IMG/VR virus record: IMGVR_UViG_3300033069_001819
Coordinates: 5,241-69,240 of that record
Source: a virus
Taxonomy: Duplodnaviria > Caudoviricetes
DNA: 64,000 bases
Strand: one strand, 5' to 3'
Shown here: positions 53,752-61,251 of the stretch, one piece after another
Position numbering within the stretch: position 1 is the first letter of the stretch
Layout: the number at the start of each line of letters is the position of its first letter
The notes under the pieces: generated by a model
The model's database searches: none
The model's input: the letters and a program-made list of their open reading frames with translations, nothing else
Told to the model about the DNA's origin: nothing
Program-made: the position numbers and the translations under genes

Positions 53752-55290
53752 ATGCCGTACGTGTCCGACGCCCAGAGACGATATTTCAACGTGAACCGGT
53801 ATAAGCTGGAGGCCGAGGGCGTCGACGTGGACGAGTGGAACAAGTCCACGAAAGGCAAGAAGTTGCCGAAGCACGTGAAAAAGTCAGCGGAAGGTCCCGC
53901 GGTACCCAGCTATCAGAAGATCACCATTAACGGTGTGGACCGCACAGGTGATCCCACCGCTGCCCAGCAGGTGCCTGATGCGGCAGTGCAGCGGCGCGAG
54001 CGTTTCAGAGCAGCGAAGGCGCCCGGTGGGTTGTTGGGGCCGGATCGTACATGGATCTCAAGCAACGCGGAGAAGTATATGCCAGGTTCTAACGGTATGG
54101 TCGACAACGGTCCTGGTGTTGCGACGACGAATACTCGTGACGCAGGTGCACTTGCGCGGCAGCAGGAGATGCCCAACGGAAGGGACGCGTTCAGCAGCAG
54201 CAACCGGCTCGATGTCGGTAGTCTGGCGTCGAAGGCGCGTAATTTGTGGAATAACAACAAGGCGATTTCCTCGCTGTCGTCCATGCCTGCGGATCCCTGG
54301 GCTACGACGATGCAGGCAGGGCAGAATCCAGCAGGTAATCACGCTGCGACACCGTCCCTTACCGCCGGTCTTCCGTCGAAGGGTCTTAACCCGGCTCTGC
54401 TCGGAGCGCTGCTCGGCGCGGGCGGAGGTGCTCTGGCCGGTGCCGTGCGTCCAGGTAAGCGCGGACGGCTACGCTCGATGCTGATTGGCGGCCTGGCTGG
54501 TGGTGCTGCTGGTGGGGCTGCGGGTCTGGGCTACAGCAAGATGGGCTTCAGCCTGGTCTCCGTTCTGCCGTCCGCTGTCGGGCGAGCTACCGCCGCAGGT
54601 ATGGGCTACGGCGATAACGCGGATGTAGGCGCCCGGGCAGCGCAGGCTGGTCACGTAGCTCTTCCCGCCGGTGTCGCCGCGCAGGCGCAGACCGCGGGAT
54701 TAGGTTCCGGCGTCGCGAATGCGGCCGAGAGTGCCGGCCAGAGCTATGGTCACTTTTTCCGCGACAACTTGTCGCGTGCAGTCTCCGGGCTGCAGTCTGC
54801 TCACCAGCAAGCAGGCGAGAGCGTTCGACGTATGCTGCAACCTGCGATCGACCGCGGCATGGGCACGGATAGCACTGGTTACGATCGAGTGAACGAGGCC
54901 AGTGCTCTGACACGATCAGGCAACGTACAGCGGGATCTCGCGAACTCGACGAGCCAGCTTTTCGGCATGCAGCCCGCACGGCAGACAACGCTTCCGACGT
55001 CGCTCAATCAGACTCCGGCGGAGTACGCCTTGCGCGGACCGGAGCCATTGGTTCCGTCGCGAGCGGGCGGGGGTCTTGATCCTCGCATTATCGGAGCTCT
55101 GCTCGGCGCCGGCGGTGGCGCGCTGGCTGGCGCGGTGCGTCCTGGTAAGCGCGGACGACTTCAGTCGATGCTACTGGGTGGCCTGGCTGGCGGTGCTGTC
55201 GGCGGCGTGGCTGGGCACGGCTACAGCAAATTAGGCGCAGAGACACCTGCTCTGACATACGAACGGCGACCCAAGTCGCAATCTGTCTGA
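53752..55290 (+). CDS. Modular glycine-zipper protein, putative internal virion polyprotein
   Basis: N-terminal MPYVSDAQRRYF...KGKKLPKHV module, then two units that each end in a 48-aa Gly-zipper hairpin closed by YSK(M/L)G. Confidence 0.75.
   Translation: MPYVSDAQRRYFNVNRYKLEAEGVDVDEWNKSTKGKKLPKHVKKSAEGPAVPSYQKITINGVDRTGDPTAAQQVPDAAVQRRERFRAAKAPGGLLGPDRTWISSNAEKYMPGSNGMVDNGPGVATTNTRDAGALARQQEMPNGRDAFSSSNRLDVGSLASKARNLWNNNKAISSLSSMPADPWATTMQAGQNPAGNHAATPSLTAGLPSKGLNPALLGALLGAGGGALAGAVRPGKRGRLRSMLIGGLAGGAAGGAAGLGYSKMGFSLVSVLPSAVGRATAAGMGYGDNADVGARAAQAGHVALPAGVAAQAQTAGLGSGVANAAESAGQSYGHFFRDNLSRAVSGLQSAHQQAGESVRRMLQPAIDRGMGTDSTGYDRVNEASALTRSGNVQRDLANSTSQLFGMQPARQTTLPTSLNQTPAEYALRGPEPLVPSRAGGGLDPRIIGALLGAGGGALAGAVRPGKRGRLQSMLLGGLAGGAVGGVAGHGYSKLGAETPALTYERRPKSQSV
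54403..55236 (+). repeat. Two 144-bp diverged direct repeats (54403-54546 and 55093-55236)
   Basis: 42 of 48 aa identical, with many synonymous DNA differences. Confidence 0.95.
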
Positions 55291-55304
55291 CCGAGCGACT
55301 ACGC

Positions 55305-56747
55305 ATGAAATCCGCTTCGCTTCGTCCTGAAGTACAGCTGCAACCGCACCAACAACGGGTTGTCGACCGGATGCTCTCCGGCGACAACCGGTTGCTGCTT
55401 TACCACGGGCTGGGCAGCGGCAAGAGCTTGTCGTCCCTGGCTGCCGCTGAAGCGGTAGGTGAGCCGTATGCCGCGGCGGTGCCCGCGTCACTCAAGCCCA
55501 ACTACCAAAAGGAAATCGCCAAGTTCACGGAGAACTCCAGCCCGGAAGTCCTGAGCTACACCGGCCTGGGCATGGGCAAGGCGCCGACGAACGATCCGAA
55601 GACCGTCATCTACGACGAAGCACAGCGGCTCAGCAACCCAGGTTCCGCCGCCGGCCAGGCTGCGGCGCAGCTGGCGAATCAGTCGGATAATCTGCTGCTG
55701 CTGTCCGGAACGCCGATTACGAATTCGCCGGCGGATCTGGCGCCCTTGCTCTCGATGCTGCACAAGAAGCAGATATCGCCGCAGGCGTTCGAGAACGAGT
55801 TCGTCGGGTACCGGAAGGTTTACCCGTCTCTGCTCGGCCGGGTGCTGGGTCGTAATTCCGGCGAGGAGCCGTACGTAAAGAACGAGGCCAAGCTGCGTTC
55901 GCTGCTCCAGGGCAAGGTCGACTACCAGCCGAGCATCACACCGCAGGGCGTGAGCGTCGATGAGCAGACGGTTCGCGTGCCGTTGTCGAAGACACAGCAG
56001 AAGCTGCAGCGAGCTGTCCGCAGCCAGATCCCTCCGGAGTGGCGGTGGAAGCTCGACAAGCAGTTTCCGCTGTCCCGACAGGAACTCAAGAGCCTGAACT
56101 CGTTTCTGACGGGTTACAGGCAGTCCAGTTTGTCGACGCTGCCGTTTCGCAAAGACCAGAACCCGCAGAAAGCCTTCGACGATTCGAGCAAGCTGCAGCG
56201 GGCATTCGCGGATCTGCAGGCCGAGCTGGCCACGGACCCACGCAAGAAGGCACTCGTCTACTCGAACTTCGTGGGTGCGGGTCTGGATCCGTACGCTGCA
56301 GCCTTGAATAAGGCCAGGGTGCCGTACGGTGTATTCCACGGCGGCGTGCCGGTGCAGCAGCGGAACCAGGTTCTGAAGGACTACAACGAGGGCAAGTTGC
56401 GTGCGCTGTTGCTGGGCCCTGCGGCTGCCGAAGGCATCAGCACGAAGGGCACGAGCCTTATCCAGCTGCTCGACCCGCACTGGCACGAATCACGTCTTTC
56501 GCAGGCGCGCGGTCGCGGTTTGCGATTCGACTCACACGTGGGTTTGCCCGACGAGCTCAAGAACGTGAAGGTTCGCCGGTATCTCAGCCAGAGCGTGGAC
56601 CCGTCGACATTGGGTCGACTGCTCGGTCGGCGTCGGGAGCGTACCGGCGATGAGATCCTGGAGGACCTGACCTCGCGTAAAGAACAGTTGAACGACGTGT
56701 TCCGTCGTATTCTCCAGGAAGAGGGTACGCCGGTCGCGCGTACCTGA
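55305..56747 (+). CDS. SF2 (SNF2 / D6-D11-like) helicase
   Basis: LLYHGLGSGKS, YDEAQ, LLSGTPITN, EGISTKG, QARGRGLRFDSH. Confidence 0.9.
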   Translation: MKSASLRPEVQLQPHQQRVVDRMLSGDNRLLLYHGLGSGKSLSSLAAAEAVGEPYAAAVPASLKPNYQKEIAKFTENSSPEVLSYTGLGMGKAPTNDPKTVIYDEAQRLSNPGSAAGQAAAQLANQSDNLLLLSGTPITNSPADLAPLLSMLHKKQISPQAFENEFVGYRKVYPSLLGRVLGRNSGEEPYVKNEAKLRSLLQGKVDYQPSITPQGVSVDEQTVRVPLSKTQQKLQRAVRSQIPPEWRWKLDKQFPLSRQELKSLNSFLTGYRQSSLSTLPFRKDQNPQKAFDDSSKLQRAFADLQAELATDPRKKALVYSNFVGAGLDPYAAALNKARVPYGVFHGGVPVQQRNQVLKDYNEGKLRALLLGPAAAEGISTKGTSLIQLLDPHWHESRLSQARGRGLRFDSHVGLPDELKNVKVRRYLSQSVDPSTLGRLLGRRRERTGDEILEDLTSRKEQLNDVFRRILQEEGTPVART

Positions 56748-56792
56748 TTTACACTGATCGTAGACGTGTTTTCGTCCCGAGGACCTACGGAC

Positions 56793-57317
56793 ATGCTGCA
56801 AGATCTGGTTTCGTCGCTCTACGCGGCAGCTCTGCTATGCAAGTTCTACCACTGGAACGCTCGTGGCTCAGCGTTTCATCCGCTGCACAAGCTGCTCGAC
56901 GAAGTTTACGACGTTCTGAGCGACATCGCGGACGAGCTGGCGGAGCGTCAGGTCGCCCTGGGCACAGCTGTGGCCACGACGCCGGATTCCGTGTCCAAGG
57001 CGTTCGCTTCGCCGTCGAACGGGTTCGTGTCATGTGATGCGTCGATCGATGCGGTCGATGATCTGCTGACCAGCCTGTTCGAGGACATGCGGCGAAAGTG
57101 GGACGGCGGAGTCGATGTCGTAACCGCCAACATGCTGCAGGAAAAAGCAGCTCAGGTACAGAAATACCGTTGGCTCGTGGCCAGTCACAGGCTGCCGCTG
57201 ACCGCCAAGAAAGCGGAAGACGAACCATGGACGTTCGACACGCTGCAGACGCGTGTCGCTGCAATTCTGACCGCGGCCAGGAATACGGGAGCGAAAGACG
57301 ATGGACTCGCAGACTGA
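56793..57317 (+). CDS. dps: Dps-like mini-ferritin
   Basis: YHWNARGSAFHPLHKLLDEVY...DELAER: Dps signature with ferroxidase His/Asp/Glu intact. Confidence 0.88.
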   Translation: MLQDLVSSLYAAALLCKFYHWNARGSAFHPLHKLLDEVYDVLSDIADELAERQVALGTAVATTPDSVSKAFASPSNGFVSCDASIDAVDDLLTSLFEDMRRKWDGGVDVVTANMLQEKAAQVQKYRWLVASHRLPLTAKKAEDEPWTFDTLQTRVAAILTAARNTGAKDDGLAD

Positions 57318-58851
57318 TCCGCGGCTGGCAAAAACTGGTTTTGCGACGTCCATGGCTGCCGGTGCAGGCGGCATGGGAGGCATGGGCGGCAATCCGATGT
57401 CGTTTCGCCGCAGTCCTCGATACATGCAGACGTATTCGCACGCGCAGCTCAAGTTTCAGCCCAGTCCTTTCGCGACACAACCAGGACGGCGTGTACCGGC
57501 TACGGCCGCAGGTGTTCAGCAGGTGAAGCAGGCCGGATTGGGTGAGTTCGCCACGGCGTTCTTCTCTGGTGCGATCGAAGCCGGGCATCAGATAGGCGAC
57601 TTCCCCGCCCTCATCAAGCGGGCTGGCGCTCTCGTCGGACCGGAAGTCGAGCAGGAGCTCGCGGCCGAGTTTCAGAAGCTGGCCGGTGGTCCGTTCGACG
57701 TGGTCAAAGGTCTGGGCACGAAGGCTCTCGGGCAGGTACCGAAAGCCTGGAACGCTGCGAAGTCCTACATGCCGTCGATGAGCAAGGCTGTTCCTGCGGC
57801 GAATACGGCACGGAGAACGTTCGGCCAGGCGGCGAAGGATACGGTTGCGACGGGCGCTGCGACAGGTACGCTTGCGGCGGGTACACACTGGGCGAATGAT
57901 CCGAACGCTTCGGTCGGCGATCTGGCGAAGACGTTTGCGGGCGGCGCTGCCACGGGTGGTGCTGTCGCGGCAGGCAATCGCAACGCAGGTGCCTGGGTTC
58001 GACGTAACGCAGCTCAGGCCGATGCTGCCGGTGGTATCGGTGCCGCGGCTGGAGCCACACAGGACACCTACGATCAGTGGAGCGGCACCGGTAAGCGTGT
58101 GTCGCTGCAGAAGGATCCTGTGACAGGTGCTCTGACGCAGGTACCCGCCGAACAGGCGAGTCGTACCGGCTTCAACGCAGGCCTGGGTGCTTTCGCAGGC
58201 ATGAAGGTATTGCCGGCGATCAAGAACCGTGTCTGGGGCGCGGCGTCGCAGGTACCGGGCGGCACGGAGGCGCTGAACACGGCAGGCAACGTCGTGGACG
58301 ACGTTGCCGCCCGGGCTCGGTCCGGCTGGTCGACACTTCGTAACGGGTTGGGCATCGGTGCCGCAGCTGCAGGTACCGGTGCAGGTATCGCTGTCGCGCG
58401 TGATCCGAGTGTCATCCCCGCTGCCAGCGAGCGAGCAGCCCGCGGTGCAGCTGAGGTACTTAAGGATCCGATCTCGAATCGGGTCGCTGACCGCGTAATG
58501 GCCGCGCCGGAGATGCGGGGCATCATGGACATGGCGGGCAGGTTCAGTCAGCCACTGCAGAACATGGGTCAGTTCTGGCAAGGAAACAAGGATTGGCTGG
58601 CACCGATGCTCATGCAGGGGCTCATTGGCGGTGCCGGCGGTTACATGGCAGGCGGGCGACAGGGCATGATGGCGGGCATGGTCGGATTGCCAGCGCTGGT
58701 CCAGGGCATGCAGTACATGGATCCGAACAGCTTCGGCGACCCGCGGATCATCGGCGCCTTGCAGCGCAACGGGCTGCTTGGCGGTGAGCAGGCTACGATA
58801 GACAAGACGCAGAAGGACCTCACGGATCAGGCCATGGCCATGGGCGAGTGA
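57301..58851 (+). CDS. Gly/Ala-rich protein with several glycine zippers, putative internal virion protein
   Basis: VKQAG, IKRAG and QKLAG motifs; several GxxxG hydrophobic segments; shares DPRIIGAL with 53752-55290. Confidence 0.75.
   Translation: MDSQTDPRLAKTGFATSMAAGAGGMGGMGGNPMSFRRSPRYMQTYSHAQLKFQPSPFATQPGRRVPATAAGVQQVKQAGLGEFATAFFSGAIEAGHQIGDFPALIKRAGALVGPEVEQELAAEFQKLAGGPFDVVKGLGTKALGQVPKAWNAAKSYMPSMSKAVPAANTARRTFGQAAKDTVATGAATGTLAAGTHWANDPNASVGDLAKTFAGGAATGGAVAAGNRNAGAWVRRNAAQADAAGGIGAAAGATQDTYDQWSGTGKRVSLQKDPVTGALTQVPAEQASRTGFNAGLGAFAGMKVLPAIKNRVWGAASQVPGGTEALNTAGNVVDDVAARARSGWSTLRNGLGIGAAAAGTGAGIAVARDPSVIPAASERAARGAAEVLKDPISNRVADRVMAAPEMRGIMDMAGRFSQPLQNMGQFWQGNKDWLAPMLMQGLIGGAGGYMAGGRQGMMAGMVGLPALVQGMQYMDPNSFGDPRIIGALQRNGLLGGEQATIDKTQKDLTDQAMAMGE
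57328..57344. repeat. Dispersed palindrome copy 8 (GCAAAAACTGGTTTTGC, 4-T arm)
   Basis: Read directly; 11 bp after the dps stop, inside the next gene (AKTGFA). Confidence 0.85.
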
Positions 58852-59044
58852 CTTTTCGGACCGGTATCGCCCTGGCGGACCGGTCCGTGTTATACTCGGC
58901 GTGTCGTACTGACACGACTGCGCAGGCAACCTTTTTGGGGGTTAGCCACATGACAGACCGAATGAAAGGCAGGTGATCCTATCTCGGACGAACCTGTCTA
59001 TAACATAGGATGTCAGCGGGTTCGCTCTCGTTCTGGAGCACGCC

Positions 59045-59752
59045 ATGTGGCCGTATCTGTGGGCACCGGCCTGGGTAAAGCAGGTATTGGATTCACTGAA
59101 AGCGTGCATAGCCGGGCAAGCTGCTTTCAGGACAGAAACATTTGCTCGGCTGGACCAGCTCGCCGCGGAGACGCGCCGGCTGGACGAACTCTTGCAGGAC
59201 GTGTTGCTCAGGCTCGGTACTAAGCCTGTACAACTGCAAGTGACCGCAGAAGAATTCGAGGGACAAGACATGATTCAGAAGCTCAAGTTCGACCTGACGC
59301 TCCCGACCACCGCCGCTCCGGACGTCATTCTGCGTCGCTGCACGCTGCGCACTGCCTCCGGTGACATCGTCAAGGAAGTCGCCGCGACTCCGGCGAACTA
59401 CAACCCGGATACCGCCGCACAGGTGCTTCAGGGCTTTGTCGCGGAGCAGGACGAAGACGTCGAAATCGTGTTCGTCGAGTTCGACGACCGTGGCAATCAG
59501 ACGCCTGAGACAGTCCAGGCTTTCGTGGTTTCGGACACGATCGCTCCGGGTGCCACCGGCCCGATCACTCTGACGGTCACCGGCGAAATCTTCGAGGACG
59601 ACCCCGCACCGGAGCCGGAGCCTACGCCTGAGCCGGAACCGACTCCCGAACCCGAGCCGACTCCCGACCCCGCACCGGAGCCGGAGCCTACGCCTGACCC
59701 GGCTCCCGTCGAGGACCCTGACACGGATCCCGACACCGAAAATCTTGGCTGA
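59045..59752 (+). CDS. Protein with coiled coil, Ig/FN3-like beta domain and PE/PT tail
   Basis: DDRGNQ...SDTIAPG motif; acidic (PEPEPT)n tail; possible internal start ATG 59270. Confidence 0.75.
   Translation: MWPYLWAPAWVKQVLDSLKACIAGQAAFRTETFARLDQLAAETRRLDELLQDVLLRLGTKPVQLQVTAEEFEGQDMIQKLKFDLTLPTTAAPDVILRRCTLRTASGDIVKEVAATPANYNPDTAAQVLQGFVAEQDEDVEIVFVEFDDRGNQTPETVQAFVVSDTIAPGATGPITLTVTGEIFEDDPAPEPEPTPEPEPTPEPEPTPDPAPEPEPTPDPAPVEDPDTDPDTENLG
59600..59697 (+). repeat. PE/PT repeat with 32-bp exact direct repeat (59600-59631 and 59666-59697)
   Basis: GACCCCGCACCGGAGCCGGAGCCTACGCCTGA occurs twice. Confidence 0.95.
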
Positions 59753-59774
59753 TCTACCCAGCTTGAAGCACATG

Positions 59775-59806
59775 ACCACCGCAGGGCAACCTGCGGTGGT
59801 TTTTTG
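59775..59806 (+). terminator. Rho-independent terminator
   Basis: ACCACCGCAGG-GCAA-CCTGCGGTGGT followed by a T tract. Confidence 0.92.
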
Positions 59807-59835
59807 TTGACCTGACGGCAGGAAGCCGTTAGGTT
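59807..59835 (+). promoter_or_regulatory. Sigma70-type promoter
   Basis: TTGACC, 17 bp spacer, TAGGTT, directly after the terminator. Confidence 0.55.
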
Positions 59836-59945
59836 TTGTCCGTCGGTGTGGAACACACCGGCTTGTGTTCGTGTGCCGGACGATCTCGTTCGGCGCACTA
59901 CCCAGGTTGTCGCGGGAGACCGCGGCCGAAACGAAAGGAACCGAA

Positions 59946-60494
59946 ATGTCGAAGTTTTCTACCCTGCTCCTGTTGCTGCTCGTTGTCGCTGGTTCTGCTG
60001 GCGCTGTCGCTCAACAACCTTTGCAGGCTGACCTGAATCCGGCGTTGTACACGCCTGGCGTGACCTACTACGACGCGGGCTCGGGTCAAAACTTCTACTA
60101 CGACAGCGCGACCGGTCAGTTCATGATCACAGGACAGGCGACTGCTCCCGCGGTTACGACTCCGACGAACGCTGCCGTGCAGTTGGTGGCGAATGCCGCT
60201 GGTTATGGCGCCGAAGCCCAGATGCTCGCGATTCTGAACGATTGGCGAGCTCGAAGCGGACGCGGCCCGGTAGGCTGGGACTCAGGTCTTGCCTACTATG
60301 CCAGCTTGAACACAGGTGTGCACGCACCTGGCACGAACGGCGGCGGAGCCCAGTGCTGGGCAAGCCCGCAGGATCTCGTGTCGGCCATGTACATGTGGAT
60401 GGCGTCGCCACCGCATGCCGCGATTCTTTTGAACGCGACAACTGCGGTCGGTGCATCGATCTGCCCGAGTGGCAGTACGCTGAACGCGAGATAA
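59946..60494 (+). CDS. Secreted CAP/SCP-domain protein
   Basis: Signal peptide; LNDWRARSG..V.WDSGLA and WMASPPHAAILL (CAP motif WMxSPGHRANIL). Confidence 0.85.
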   Translation: MSKFSTLLLLLLVVAGSAGAVAQQPLQADLNPALYTPGVTYYDAGSGQNFYYDSATGQFMITGQATAPAVTTPTNAAVQLVANAAGYGAEAQMLAILNDWRARSGRGPVGWDSGLAYYASLNTGVHAPGTNGGGAQCWASPQDLVSAMYMWMASPPHAAILLNATTAVGASICPSGSTLNAR

Positions 60495-60512
60495 CGGACG
60501 CAGGTAGCTTTG

Positions 60513-60542
60513 GGCCCGGGACTTCGGTTCCGGGCCTTTTTC
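60513..60542 (+). terminator. Rho-independent terminator
   Basis: GGCCCGGGAC-TTCG-GTTCCGGGCC followed by a T tract. Confidence 0.9.
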
Positions 60543-60558
60543 GTATACGGAGTTCGCT

Positions 60559-60774
60559 ATGTCGCCGTTCATACAACTGGGCGTCGTTGTCTGGCTTGCG
60601 TTCGGGCTGGCGATGATCGAAGAGGCCTGGGCACGTAAGCTTTGGGTGTTTAACCCGCTATTGCGTATGTACTGGAAACGGAGAGTGCAGCAGTGGCTGA
60701 AGATAAGGCGGAGCCGACTGGCAAGCCGGCTAAACCGCACGTTTTCCGGGTTCACGATCGTGTCGAGATCGTAA
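60559..60774 (+). CDS. Small membrane protein
   Basis: GGAG RBS; N-terminal TM segment then a basic tail. Confidence 0.45.
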   Translation: MSPFIQLGVVVWLAFGLAMIEEAWARKLWVFNPLLRMYWKRRVQQWLKIRRSRLASRLNRTFSGFTIVSRS

Positions 60775-61250
60775 AGCCGGAGATCTTCGTGCGGTGCGGT
60801 TACCCGCTCGACCAGAAACAGGTCGAGAACGAGGTGCGGGATAAGATCTACAAAGCTGTCTCTGACCTGATCGAAGCTGCGGAACTGGTTCCCTGGCACG
60901 AGCCAGCGGGTCGTTTACGCAAGAAGATCGAGGCAGAGGTAGCTCATGCCGTAGCGAAATCGAAAGGCTTCGGCGGCAACAAGAGACAGATCTTCACGGA
61001 AAAGCGTGAAAACTACGAGGGCAAGCAGTTCGTCGTTGTCGGCAAGCGAGTCGTGCAGACGGGCGTTTATCAGCCCGGCAGTAGCTGCGGCTACGACGAG
61101 TACGATGCCGACCCACCTGCGCTGACACAGCAGAAGACGCATATTCTGTTGCGTCTTGCGTCGCTACCCAGGTCGCCGAACACGCTGTACGTGGATAGGT
61201 TCGAGATTCAGGCGGAATACGTAAGACACCTATCTGACAAGGAGAATTGA
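60693..61250 (+). CDS. Hypothetical protein
   Basis: 185-aa ORF with typical codon usage. Confidence 0.7.
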   Translation: MAEDKAEPTGKPAKPHVFRVHDRVEIVKPEIFVRCGYPLDQKQVENEVRDKIYKAVSDLIEAAELVPWHEPAGRLRKKIEAEVAHAVAKSKGFGGNKRQIFTEKRENYEGKQFVVVGKRVVQTGVYQPGSSCGYDEYDADPPALTQQKTHILLRLASLPRSPNTLYVDRFEIQAEYVRHLSDKEN

Positions 61251-61251
61251 A

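Noticed and set aside
59812-59940. Possible hammerhead ribozyme (CTGAC...GAAAC)
   Set aside because: The CUGAnGA core is not matched (CTGACGG) and the stems do not connect as required.
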